In this document: piece by piece, positions 1-11,982 of the stretch
Layout: every line of letters begins with the position of its first letter
Numbering within the stretch: position 1 is the first letter of the stretch
Translations under genes and position numbers: made by a program
NCBI RefSeq assembly: GCF_001194135.2
Contig: NC_068985.1
Location: 78,945,167-79,009,166 of the forward strand
Reading direction: 5' to 3'
Source of the DNA: Octopus bimaculoides
Taxonomy: Eukaryota
DNA length: 64,000 nt
The notes under the pieces: model-generated
The model's input: only the letters and a program-made list of their open reading frames with translations
What the model was told of the DNA's origin: nothing
Databases searched by the model: none

Positions 1-53
<53 letters not shown>

Positions 54-96
54 CGCATGCTTGTGTGTGTGTGTGTGTGCGCGTGCTTGTGTGTGT
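1..96. repeat. (TG)n microsatellite
   Basis: Pure then interrupted GT dinucleotide run at the window start. Confidence 0.95.
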
Positions 97-905
97 AGAA
101 AGAGAGAAAGATACAGCAATGTAGCTCTGTGTGTTATCTTATTTATAAATTTTTAAAAAATGCATGTTGCAGCTTTTGAAAGTACAGTAAACATATGTAT
201 GTATGTATGTATGTATGTAGCTCTTCTTATCAAACACCATTATATTATAACATGACAAATGCATAAAGAGATAAAGATATAAAGAGATTAAAGTGAACAT
301 CATAAATAATGCATTATTTATGATTAAAGAATAAAGAATATCAATCTGAGAACTTGATTTTCTGTAACAGTCATTGACTATCACTGTTGTAGTATCTTTA
401 GTAGGATTCCCTGGAGTGGTTATCCAGTTAACTTCTCTAACGAGGTATGAGAAGTGGTGGGTTGATGGTGGAGGTAATAATGGAAGTGGAGGTGGTGGTG
501 GTAGTGGTGGTGGTGATAAAGATAGTGGTAGAGGTAGTGGCAGAGGCTGTGATTGTGATAATGGTGGTGGAAGAGGTGGTGGCAGATGATCTGATCAAAC
601 CAAGGAAACTGTTTTCATCCATTTTTTGCTTGTTTTGTTTCTTCAAGTTGCTGATACCATCTGTCATTCACAACTCCTGATATAAGCGTCTCTATTTTTT
701 CAGTGACAGGGCAGGATTTGAACTCAGAATGTACAGAGTTGGAACAGATACCACAAAACATCAGGCTTGATGCTCCAACAATTCCACCAATCCACTGACC
801 TACTGACCTAGTACTTTTATATTTTTATTAATCTCATAAAGGATGAAATGCAAAGATCACTTCAACTAGATTTGAACTCATAACACAGAGTTGGAACAAA
901 TACCA

Positions 906-1134
906 TTAACCTATTAGCATTTAAACTGGCTATATCCAGCCAAAATAGTCTTCTTGTTTCATGTTCAAACTGGCCAGATCCAGCCTTTCACATCTACCCT
1001 ACAATGTTAGTCTAAAAAATATACAGTCATGTAATCAAAATCTTAAGGTTACAAGATAATGCAGGATAAATTCAAACCAATGTGAATAAATAAGCATTGC
1101 ATTTGATAAAATAATCTGAACGCTACAGAGTTAA
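906..1134 (+). mobile_element. piggyBac-like MITE (~225 bp, TTAA-flanked)
   Basis: TTAA at both ends with degenerate TIRs (ttaacctattagcatt ... aacgctacagagttaa). The same internal sequence recurs at 13015, 20587 and 53203. TTAA plus CCCTTT...AAAGGG ends are typical of piggyBac. Confidence 0.7.
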
Positions 1135-1697
1135 CTCTTTAGCAATCAGAGTATTCTGTTAAATGTAATGCTTATTCATTCACATTATGTTTTGATTGAA
1201 GAGTAAAGAGTCCCTTCGATCATGAAGGGCCATGGGATTTCACCTACAAAGTTACCTTTTGAAGAACAAGTCCAGACAAGGTTGTTTATGGAAGACCAGC
1301 AGTCATCCATGCATACCAGCCTACCCTCTGCATACCACCGACGTTATCCAAGTAAAAGGCAAAGGCTGATACAGCTTGGCACCAGAGATGTCACAACTCA
1401 TTTCTACAGCTGAGTGAACTGGAGTAAAATGAAATAAAGCGTCTTTGCTCAAAAACACAAAACACAGCTCAGTCCAGTCCAGGAATCAAACTCACTAACT
1501 CATGATTAGCCTGACATTCTAACCACTGATCCATGCATTAATCATGCATTATCTGAAAGCTTCAAGATTTCTATGATGTGATTGTATATTTTTCAAATGA
1601 TATTATAGGATAAGTGTAAGAGGCCAGATCTGGCCAGTTTGAACATAAAACAGAATATTTGGGCTAGATATGGCCAGTTTAAATATCAAAGGGTTAA
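1131..1697 (-). mobile_element. Second piggyBac-like MITE, opposite orientation, interrupted by a SINE
   Basis: Starts at the shared TTAA 1131-1134 (ttaactctttagcaatcag), is broken at about 1200 by a SINE, resumes at about 1538 and ends aaagggttaa at 1697. Confidence 0.65.
1207..1537 (-). mobile_element. tRNA-derived SINE family D (RTE-type tail)
   Basis: Minus strand shows a tRNA-like head (atggatcagtggttagaatgtc ... gagtttgattcctgg), a body shared with copies at 27345, 27904 and 57720, and the tail cccatggcccttcatgatcgaaggg. Confidence 0.8.
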
Positions 1698-3120
1698 GCA
1701 TATTTCAACATTCTGCCAATTCACCACCTCTTAAATAAAATAAATTAAGGGGAATAACTCAAGTGGACCAATGGCACAAATTTAAAATCGATAGGTTAAG
1801 GAGTGAAGTTCTCAATGACATGTGAAGAACATTCTCAATTAACTGAAATTTTCCTGTGTTGGAGAAAGAAAGAAAAAATCAAACTTAACTAATGGCTGGT
1901 GAGTCTCGAAGAAAAAGTGAAATATTTTCAAGTAATTTCAAGTGAAAAAAAAAAGCCACTTGTCTTTCCCATCCACACCTTAATACTAAACAAATGCTCA
2001 AAAGGCAGAATCCAATTATCTTTGGTTTCACACTATAAAGGCAAGAATAGCTCAATAAGGGAGTCTCTACTTAGTTGCTCAACCAAATTTTCCTCCAAAA
2101 CACACAATGGCAGCGGTGGCATCAGCATCATCATCACAACAACAACTATTTTTCCATGCTTGGCATGGGCCAGGTGGAATTCATTATAGCAGATTTTCTA
2201 CAGTTTGATGCCCTTCCTGTCACCAACACCTCAACCATGAGTCAGACATGTTCTCATAGGAGACTGGAAATGAACAGCACAGCTTATATGACACCCATTT
2301 ACAATTATTATATGAAGTCAAGGCAGGCAGGTAAAAACACATACATGCAATTGGCTTCTTTTTGTTTATGTATACAAAACTACTGACAAGGTTTTAATCA
2401 GCCTTGGATGACAGTAGAAGATATCCTATCAAGCTATCTTGCAGTGGGACTGAACCTCAATCCTTAAAGTCGGGAAGGTAACTTCTTGACCTCACACCCA
2501 TGGCTGTGCTAATACTATCTTTAAAAGATAGGAAGGATAAACTGAATTGAATGATGTATTGGAGACAGTAGATGTACTATCTCTATAAAGGATGTGATGG
2601 TTATAATTGGAATGTCTTTGATCATAAGGTCTGTTAAATGAAAGACAGCCTGGGGTTAAACAATGATAACAACTTTAATAACAGCTGTCATAATGACATT
2701 TGGGAAACATATATTGCCATACAATAGCTTCAAACACAATAAAACAAGTGAAACTTGAATCCTGTACAGTAAAGGAAATTATTTTCTACACAAGGAATAT
2801 GAATGATAAAGAAAGAAAAGAAGATTTGTAAAATAAACTCAGCTTTTCTTTCGTAAATTATCTGTTAAAATCTTGATTTATGATCGTGACCATTGATAAT
2901 AAACTGAGCTGATATTATAACGACTCCATAAAATTGTACCAAAAAAATTAGAGATTTACAGAAAATTACGATTTCAACAATTGTTAATTGAGTAACAAAA
3001 AGAAAAAGAGAGAAAAAATTTTCTACCGTTTAAATGATTAAACCTTTTGTTACAGGGATTTTTTCTTCTATTTTTACTTTTTTTTATGTTGTTTTGTTTT
3101 GTTTTGTTTTCTCTCATCAG

Positions 3121-3270
3121 ATTTAATAATCAGAAAGCTAAGTTCAGCCAAGAAATCAACTCGACTAACAAAGAGTTAGAAAAAAACATTTTTGTCACCT
3201 CAGAACCAAAATAAGAAAGAAAGATCAGCTTTTTCTATCTATTGATTCTGTGGCACAATATTTCTGACAG
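3121..3270 (+). other. Candidate non-coding or terminal exon
   Basis: About 60 nt T-rich tract ending ctcatcag at 3120; donor CAG|GTATGG at 3270/3271. Stops in all three frames and no ATG. No transcript evidence available. Confidence 0.3.
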
Positions 3271-3874
3271 GTATGGTCTGTGTATAGAGAATAAAAATTA
3301 CAGAAAATCAATAAAGCATTAAATGTCTATGGATTTAGAGACATAGAACAGTGAAAGGAGGAAAAAAAAAAATCTAAGAGAGAATGAGAATACAAAAGTA
3401 TGAGAGAAAGTTAGAACAAGTGTAAGAGAAACAGTGTGTGTGTGTGTGTGTGAGTGAGAGAAAGAGAGAGGGGGGGAAAGAGAGCAAAAGAGAAGTGGAT
3501 AGAGAACGGAAGAGAAAAACACAAATGAAGACAGACAGAAAAAGGAAGAATGACTGAAAAGGATGAAATAAAAGAAAAACAGATAATGAAAGAAAGTAAG
3601 GAACTTGTAGAGTTATTGGAGTATCGGGCAAAATACCTGTAGTATTTATTTGAGTTCTTTGCATTATGAATTCTAAATACTGTTAAGGACAACTTTATGT
3701 TTTGATTGTTTCAGGATCAATAAACAAAGTACCAGTCTAGGGAAGTAGGTTGGTTGAATTGTTAGAGCATCAGATAAAACACTTTGTGATATATGTTTAG
3801 CTCTTTGCATTCCAATTTCAAATTCTGTCTTCTATGGCTAACTTTATAAGGGTCTTTCAAAACCTGAATAACAT

Positions 3875-4310
3875 AATAATAATGAACTTATTGTATACAG
3901 TGCTCAAGTGCATTACAACTTATCAGAAAAAGTAACCAAAAGTGCATGAACAGTACATAGAATATAATGCACAGGAAGTGAACAGTGAATGAGCTGTTTA
4001 AAAAAGTGGTGGTGAGAGGCATCAGGTGTACTGCTGGCCAGTTTCAGGAAGTATGGAAGTTTTGGAGGATGAAGTGTCCCCACAGCTAAGAACTGATGGG
4101 GGGCATTTCATTCAATGCTTCAGCAATCTGGTGCATGAAAAAATGTTCCAAAAGTCATGGGTGCTGTGTTGTTTTCGATTTTGTTAGCATGTCCGTGGGT
4201 GTTAGACAAAAAAGGTACCCAAGGTTGTTGGTAAGGTGGGTAATCTTGTAGGTGCCTAACAGTGATGGGAATCCAATTTTATTCAAATATCATATCATGA
4301 ATCTTGAAGA
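3875..4310 (-). mobile_element. Decayed CR1 LINE 3' fragment
   Basis: Minus-strand translation ...HFFMHQIAEALNEMPPSVLSC resembles the CR1 ORF2 C-terminus (FF..R....WN.LP..VV). It is followed by a 3' UTR ending in an (ATT)n tail at about 3875. Confidence 0.6.
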
Positions 4311-4583
4311 AGAAGAGATACAACGTCAACTTTGCCTTTCATTCTTTTGGGTTGATAAACAAAAGTTCCAGCTTAGGAGAGTGGATTAACAGAACTTAGA
4401 GCATCAGACACCTATCAGTATTTATTCTGGCTTCTTGTATTCCGAGTTCAAATCCTAGAGTGCCCTACTTGGGCAGGAAATTTAATCTGTTTGAATGGTT
4501 AATACCACTATGTTGTGTTTTGATGCTTTTACCAGAGTCTACCTTTATAGCCAGTATTCAGGTAAGGTCTCTAATTTAAGGAT

Positions 4584-4634
<51 letters not shown>

Positions 4635-4958
4635 NNNNNNNNNNNNNNNNNNNNNNNNNNNNNNNNNNNNNNNNNNNNNNNNNNNNNNNNNNNNNNNNNN
4701 NNNNNNNNNNNNNNNNNNNNNNNNNNNNNNNNNNNNNNNNNNNNNNNNNNNNNNNNNNNNNNNNNNNNNNNNNNNNNNNNNNNNNNNNNNNNNNNNNNNN
4801 NNNNNNNNNNNNNNNNNNNNNNNNNNNNNNNNNNNNNNNNNNNNNNNNNNNNNNNNNNNNNNNNNNNNNNNNNNNNNNNNNNNNNNNNNNNNNNNNNNNN
4901 NNNNNNNNNNNNNNNNNNNNNNNNNNNNNNNNNNNNNNNNNNNNNNNNNNNNNNNNNN
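4635..4958. other. Assembly gap (N). Others at 24982-25331, 26437-27225, 39881-~40443, 43758-43872, 45459-45707, 46800-47055, 51166-51716, 58805-59358
   Basis: N runs, most flanked by (CT)n, (TA)n or poly-C. Exons could be hidden inside them. Confidence 0.99.
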
Positions 4959-5552
4959 AGAAACGAGGGAAACACATAGATAATCAAAAAGCTGAAATAG
5001 GGAATGAGATAAAGTTGAAGATATAGAATGATGTAAAAATCTGAAACCAGTTCTTTTTATTACAGATTAAATCACTATGATAATCATGTCTTTAAAGACA
5101 AGACGGCTATGGCTGTAACAGCTGTTGACACAGAGCTGACCAAGGGTTAAAAAAAATTATACTTAAAACAGAGTTAAATAAATGCTTAAAATAATGTAAT
5201 TAGCCATCAATATTCTAGCAGTTCAAGAAATGTGAAATAGCTATATTTTCACCTAAAGATGGTCGTGGTGATAGTTGTGGTGGTAGTGGTGATGTTGGTG
5301 CTGGCAGCAGCAGCAGTGTGGAATTGTGGAATAACAAAACGATTTATTGGAAATACAGAGAACATTTATTAATAAAAACAAAAAAGAAAATCAACTACAA
5401 ATATTGTATTGTGGACCTTGAAATAAAGCAAGTGATGCAATAGATTTGAAGCATTATACGTCATTTTATGGTTTCGTGTGTCATACAGAGATATGGATGA
5501 GCAGAGTTGTATATTAATAATGAACTAGTTTATCTTAAAGCATTCCCAACAA

Positions 5553-5658
5553 CAGGTCACTGTGACCATTTGAAGTACCAGGTCACAGTGACCGTTCAAA
5601 GTACCAGGTCACAGTGACAATTCTAAGTAGCAGGTCACTGTGATCACTTGAAGTACCA
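5553..5658. repeat. 4 x 26-bp tandem repeat, each unit containing a GGTCAnnnTGACC (ERE-type) palindrome
   Basis: Cores: GGTCActgTGACC 5555-5567, GGTCAcagTGACC 5581-5593, GGTCAcagTGACA 5607-5619, GGTCActgTGATC 5633-5645. Exact 26-bp period. Confidence 0.9.
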
Positions 5659-5879
5659 GAGCCTTGTTACTATCTGAGTTTCTGACAATATTTCTCATCG
5701 CTGGTATTCTTGAGTTGTCTCCCATGCCTTTGGTTATGCAATGTTTTTGAACATTGTTTACCCCACTTCAATATAGGGCAGTATTGATTAATTGAAGTTA
5801 TCATACCTCCCACATTATACATTTAAGCATTTGCTTTTCTAACAATGGCTTAAGAATGCTTATAATAGGCACTATCTAC

Positions 5880-6720
5880 ATTTTTAACAACAGGTCACTG
5901 AGTACATTCCTAACAAAGAGTCCACCATTAATGTTTTTTTACAAAAGTCAGTGTGATGGCTTCTAACAACAGGTTTGTCACATGAATGTTTTTAATAGGT
6001 CACAGTGAATGCTTCTAACAATAGATCAGCATGATTGTTGTTACTAGGTCGCTGTTGTTAACACTTCCAACAATAGGTCAGTCACCAAGGTCTTTAACAA
6101 TAAGTCAGTCAATACTTCCAATAGGCCACTGAGAAAGCTTGTAACAATAGGTCAGTCACCATGAAGATGTTTAACAATAGGTCAGTGAACACTTCCAAAA
6201 ATAGGCCACTGAGAAGGCTTCTAACAGTAGGACAGTCACCATGAAGGTCTTTAACAATAGATCATTGTAAACATTTCTAACAATAAGTCACCACAAACAT
6301 TTCTAAAAACAGGTCACACAGAATGTTTTTAATAACAAGTCACTTTAAACAATAGGTCACAGTGAACGCCTCAACAGGTCACCATGAATGTCTTTTAACA
6401 ATAGGTCACTTCAAACAATGGATCACTGAATATGTTTAAAAATAGGACATCATAAATATTTCTAGCAATAGTTAACAGAAACATAAAAATAAAAAAAAAA
6501 GAAGCACTACCATGCCTATTTCTATTGGTGAACTATTGTTGTAAGCAGAAATACTCCAAGCAATAGGTCATACTGAATACTTTCCGCAATAATTTACCAT
6601 TAACCTTTCCAACAATAGATATCTACGAACATTGTTAAAAATGTCACTGTGGACATTGACAACAAAAGGGTCATTATGATAGTTACAACTAGGTTGCAGT
6701 GAGCATTTTGAAAAACAGAG
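5880..6720. repeat. Degenerate ~25-bp minisatellite (consensus about ttctaacaataggtcacagtgaac)
   Basis: Recurrent aacaataggtca / aacaggtcac motif at about 25-bp spacing across about 800 bp. Confidence 0.8.
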
Positions 6721-6841
6721 CACTTCATATTTGCTAATAATATTTAGGTGTCTGTACATGTAATAATATTAACCATGAAATTGTTGTGAAGAAGCTAATG
6801 ATAATTTACTTTGAAGTTATCTAGCTCAGCAGGAACTTGCA

Positions 6842-6925
<84 letters not shown>

Positions 6926-6926
6926 T
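6842..6926. repeat. (TAA)n microsatellite
   Basis: About 28 pure TAA units; source of the poly-Y ORF 6795-7172. Confidence 0.97.
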
Positions 6927-6939
6927 TAATCTAAAATCA

Positions 6940-7628
6940 TTGGCAATAGTTCGCCAGTAACATGCTAGAAGAAATGATGATGATGATTTCAAATTTTGGA
7001 ACAAGGTCAGCAATATTGGGGTAAGACATAAGTTGATTACATTGACCCCAGTACTCAACTGGTGCTTGTTTTTATTGACCCTCAAAGGAATGAAAGACAA
7101 AGTCGTCCCTGACAGAATTTGAACTTTGAATGTGAAGACAGATGAAATGCCACTAAGTATTTCATCCAGCATATTAATGATTCTGCCAGTGCATCACCTT
7201 AATAATAATAATGATCTTTTCTACTAAAGGCACAAGGCCTGACATTTTGAGAGAAGGGCTAGTTGATTATATCAGCCCCAAAAGGATGAAAGGCAAAGTC
7301 AATCTCAGCAGAATCTGAACTTAGATCATAAAAACATATGAAATACTAAGCATTTTGCCTGGTGTGTTAACGATTCTGCCAGCTTCCCACCTCAATAATA
7401 ATAATAATAATAATCCTTTCTACTGGAGGCACAAGGACTCAAATTTGTTGGGAGGGAACTAGTCAATTACATCAACCCCAGTGTTTCACTGGTGCTTAAT
7501 TAATCAACCCTGAACGGATGAAAGGCAAAGTTGACCTTGGCAGAATTAGAACTCAGAACATGCAGACGAACAAAATGCCACTAAGCAGTTTACCTAGCAT
7601 GCTAACGATTCTGCCAGCTTGCTGTCTT
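6940..7628 (-). mobile_element. Three head-to-tail copies of tRNA-derived SINE family A
   Basis: Copies at about 6940-7200, 7215-7392 and 7410-7628 separated by (TAA)n. Minus-strand head ggcgagctggcagaatcgttagca with B-box gagttcaaattc; central gcctttcatcctttcggggtcgataaa motif (Meta-domain-like, from memory). Confidence 0.85.
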
Positions 7629-8085
7629 AATAATAATAATAATGATGATGATGATGATGATAATAATAATAATAATAATCATGTTGTCTGCAGACAAACA
7701 CCATCAACCACTTGTCTCTAGAATTCCCTTTCCTATATTGTCTTTGATAGGTCAAAATGTTTCTAGCAATAATTAACAGGAACATTAAAAAAAAAAAGCA
7801 TTACCATGCACATTTTTGACGGTGAACTATTGCTGTAAGCTTAGATACTCAAAGCAATAGGTCACACTAAATGCTTTTCACAAGTCATAAAAGTCAGCAA
7901 TGCATGAACACTGAACAAGGGAATGCAGAAGGGTTTCATTGCCCTTTGCACATGAACAGACAGGCCTGGTTGACAGATCTACCATGCTTGTAGATTTTGT
8001 CCCAAACTGGTAACCTGAAAACATGTAGTTACAAAATGAACTCCTTAATCACACAAATATACCTCTGTCCTACTATAGGGAAACT

Positions 8086-8325
8086 ATCACCAGCAAATTA
8101 CTAGTGAACTATAACAGTGAACAAAATATTAGCAAATTACAAGTGAACTACCATTAGTAAGTTAATAGTGAACTGTTATTAAAAGCTTACTAGTGAAGTG
8201 TTATTAGCAAATTCATGGTAGACTGTTATTAGAAATTTACTGGGTAAACTAGTTTCAGTGACTTACTACTAATAATTCATCAGTATCTTGCAAATAATTA
8301 GCCTTCGTGAACTTGCTAATGAATA
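8086..8325. repeat. Degenerate ~25-bp minisatellite (actgttattagcaaattactagtga-like)
   Basis: Repeated tagtgaact / ttattagcaaatt motifs. Confidence 0.65.
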
Positions 8326-8569
8326 TGATAAGTCATTATAACAGTTATTTATTTTTTAATTATGTCACATTACTTACTTCTAATAATAGACCTCTCTTTG
8401 TCGTGTGTTAATAATAGTCTAAACATAGACATTTTTGATAATAAGTAACAGTAAAATTGTTAATAGAGCACTAAGCTTGCTGTTACTTCAAAATGTAAAG
8501 AAACAGCTAAGTACAACAAGACTTTCACCCCTTGCTCTCTTGATTCTGCTAAGTACCACCCTTGATAAT

Positions 8570-8790
8570 GATAGCTTCAAATTTCAGCAAAAGGCTAGTA
8601 ATCTAAGGGAGACAGAGTTAGTCAATCACATTGGTCCCCACAGTGCTCAAATGATACTTATTTTATCAATTTTGAAAAGATGAAAGGCAAAGTCAACCTC
8701 AATGGAATTTGAACACAGAATGTAAAGAGCTGAAAGAAATGCAGCCAAGCATCTAGTCTGATGTGCTAACAATTCTACAAGCTTGCTACT
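8570..8790 (-). mobile_element. SINE family A, CpG-decayed
   Basis: tgaaaggcaaagtcaacctcaatggaatttgaacacagaatg matches family A. Similar decayed copies at 12555-12998 (two in tandem), 18140-18352 (+), 18865-19078, 34790-35100, 42485-42660, 57480-57710 (+), 58010-58465 (+, two). Confidence 0.8.
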
Positions 8791-10869
8791 TTACCTTTAG
8801 TAATAATTTTTGTTAGTAATAATAAAAGTCACTGTTGTTAGTACAATGTCACGCATTTTGAAGGATGGATGTAGACTCCAACATTTTGACTGTTACTTAT
8901 TTACTCAGTTCTTTTGCACCCCAAGTTCAGTGCAGCAAGGACCACATTATACAATGGGTTCTCTTTTTTAAGTCAGTAGGGTGTGATTTTAGGGAGATTT
9001 GGCAACTGCTTGTGGCAGGTTGAATAAACATGCAGAGGCCTCCTGCTCTCCAAGTAAAGCACTTTATTATTTTTAGGTACATTCTTTTATTTTACATTCC
9101 ATGTTCACATCTTGTACAGTTTGTGACTTTCTCTTTTATTTTTTAGAGGTAAAGGAAAGTAACTGACCAGTAAATAAGATACACCTGAACTCTCTTGAAA
9201 TAATATATAGCCTGCCTTGTGCTAATGTTAAAAACTGAGAATGGTCAACAAAGAAGTCTCTATTTGGTTACTAAGCTGGTTAGAAATAGCCAAATCTTTC
9301 TCACATCACATCCTGCTGTCTTAAATAATAAACTGTATTATGTAGCACAGAATTCATTGTATTTGGAAAAAAACACAGGACAAAATTTGAACTCATAATT
9401 TCTAGGCAAAAAGAGAGTCCAATAATGCTATATCCATTCAACCATTTTATGCATGCAATTATGTTTAAAATGATGACTTGTTCCTATTCATTGAACAAAA
9501 ACCTTGAAACACACACACACACCTCAATGTAGTCATGACCATCCAATCTTCACCAATAGCACAGAGTGATCAACATACATAAAGGAAGTAGCTATGCTAC
9601 ACTACAAAGAGCATATTAACTCCTGAACAACACACTATTAATAACATACACAAACTTTACACAGGCTATATCTGAAAGTGTAATATGAATATTTCATAGT
9701 AACCACATATCAATAACCTGGTCAGGAATAACAGGCATGTCTTTTTTTCTGAGATATAATATTGTAGTAATGGAAGAATATGAACTGTTGCCACTTGCCA
9801 GCTAAATCAGTATTTCTTAAACTGACAAATACCAGGGACCTTCAAAAATATTAGTGAACAATCTTTGCCTTCACCTTGTCTCTTTATTATTGAGAAGACA
9901 GAATAGGGTTTTGCATCCATTCATATAGTTTTTCTTTCTTCGTCATGATGTCGGACAAGAATAAAGTTTAAAAATAATTTTATTAAGCATGGCAATTTGT
10001 CATTCCCAACCTTTTTCAATCCTCTCAGCCAGTGCTAGCTTAAAGTATGGACACAGTGGATAGATGCTCCAGGGGCCCTATATGTCTAGGAAGACTGCAA
10101 CTAATCCATTTGATGTGGTTGTGTATGTTGGAATCTCAGTGCATTGCTTTGCCCACCTTATCTGGGGTGAGCATGCTTTAACCCTTCTGATACCAACCTA
10201 CTTAAGTCACTCCTGGTTCTATGATACAAAACTCATGTTTTAAAATTATTTAAAAATTAAAACTTTCCAACAAAATTTTGTGTTAATGTTCCAAACATCT
10301 GCTTAATAATATCAAGGTTATTTTACTAAATTATTCTTAATCTTAAAAATTAACTGAAATAAAGGCAGGGTGTTTGAACAGAAATATGGTAACAAAAGAG
10401 TTATTAATGTTTTTAAGCTGACTATAAAACTGTTCTAAGTTAATAGGGAACTTGTCTGTGAGAAAATAATTCAGCTATCAAAAAGGTAAAGCATTAAGTT
10501 CAAAGACAACCTACAGTGGTCAGAGAACATCTAAAACATCTCAAATTGTCAAGATTGTTGCTACAGCTGATATTTAGCTCAAATAACTTTAGAGTGATAT
10601 CTGTAAGGAAAATGACAAGTAGATAAGTGAATTTCAGAAGGCCTGCGAAAATGTTTAGTATTAAACTGTGTGCTGAAGAAGGAGTCTCCGGATACAGTAA
10701 GGATGACAAGAGTAGAAGTGCATACACCAGATGTGATACAGTTTGCTAATTCAGAACAGAAACAGTTGAATGACAACATTAGAAACAGAGAAAGAGGGGG
10801 TAATTGTCACAGCATGTTGAGCTGATGATTGCTAATTAGCAAGAGGCCTTTTATTCTTTTATTTGGATG

Positions 10870-11230
10870 TTGTCAAAGATGTTTGTATATGTAGCAGCAT
10901 ATGCTTGTAACAGCTGTGCGGTATATGCATAATATTCTCAAATAGAACATGTTTGCATCAACTGTGCAGTCCAAGATGTCAATAACACCCTAAAATGAAC
11001 ACATTTATGTTTGTTTCGATTGTATAGTCCCAAATATGTGACTGATATTCAAGTATGAGAGACACACACATCTGTATAAGCTGTGTAAGCTCAGATATGT
11101 GGATAATTCTCAAGTATAGGATATTTTGCATGCGTAGGACATTCTCTATGTTTAGTGACAGTGCAACTCCATATACCTGAATAATTCTCTAGAAAGGTCA
11201 TTCGGTGTGTATAGCAATGGTAAAATCCCA
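10870..11230. repeat. Highly decayed ~55-60-bp minisatellite
   Basis: About six recurrences of ctgtgcagt(cc)cagatatgtgaataattctcaagtatagaacat-like units. Confidence 0.55.
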
Positions 11231-11574
11231 AAGTTGTTTGTTGTTGTTGTTTAAAGATAGGTCAGATCAGATCAGATTATAAACTTGTCATCAAAAGCAT
11301 TCTACCTATGGTCATCTTGTCATTTTAGGAATGTTTAAGAAAACATTATAGTTTATGTAATGTGCCATGTTTTTTTATATGAAAGCAGGATGTGATAAAC
11401 TGGAGAATTGTTTGCTATTCATAGCAAATCACATGACCACATAGAAATTCCTTGAGGTGTCATACTTGTGTATTTGAAAGTAACACTATCTCACGTATGT
11501 GAGCAATACTCTAATACAGCTAAACTGTGTGTGTATATTCACTGACACTATCTAAGATATCTTTTATCTTAAAT

Positions 11575-11934
11575 CTTTTACTTGTTTCAGTCATTAGACT
11601 GCAATCATGCTGGAGCACTGCCAATAAGAATTTTTAGTCGAATGAATTACACTCTCAGAGTGGTTAGCATTAGGAAGAGCATCCAGCCATAGAAACCATG
11701 CCAAATCAGGTTGGAGTCTGGTGCAGCCCCTCAAATTACCAGTCTTGGTCAAACCACCCAACCCATGTCAGCTTGGACAATGGACATTAAGTGATGATGA
11801 TAAATCAACCTTTTTGATGCCAGTACTATTCTTTTTTTAAGCTTGCTAGTTATTCTAACAATTTCTTTCACTGAACTAAGTTATAGGAATGTAAACACAC
11901 CAACACCAGTTGTGAAATAGTGGTGGCAGAAAAA

Positions 11935-11982
<48 letters not shown>

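Noticed and set aside
299-324. 26-bp perfect palindrome atcataaataatgcattatttatgat
   Set aside because: Very AT-rich and inside low-complexity sequence; no supporting context.
139-594. Minus-strand open frame with a Pro-rich stalk and a GPI-anchor-like hydrophobic tail (..CYRKSSSQIDILYSLIINNALFMMFTL..)
   Set aside because: Mostly explained by (CCA)n and T-rich low-complexity sequence, which lack stops and encode Pro or hydrophobic residues. It runs into a (CATA)n repeat. No upstream exons found.
5880-6720. CRISPR-like look (conserved motif plus variable spacer)
   Set aside because: Eukaryotic context; the units are degenerate copies of one another rather than identical repeats with unique spacers; no cas genes.
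10500-10830. Coding-like, purine-rich stretch (VLKKESPDTVRMTRVEVHTPDVIQF)
   Set aside because: Stops or frameshifts in every frame and no motif I can assign; probably a decayed transposon fragment.
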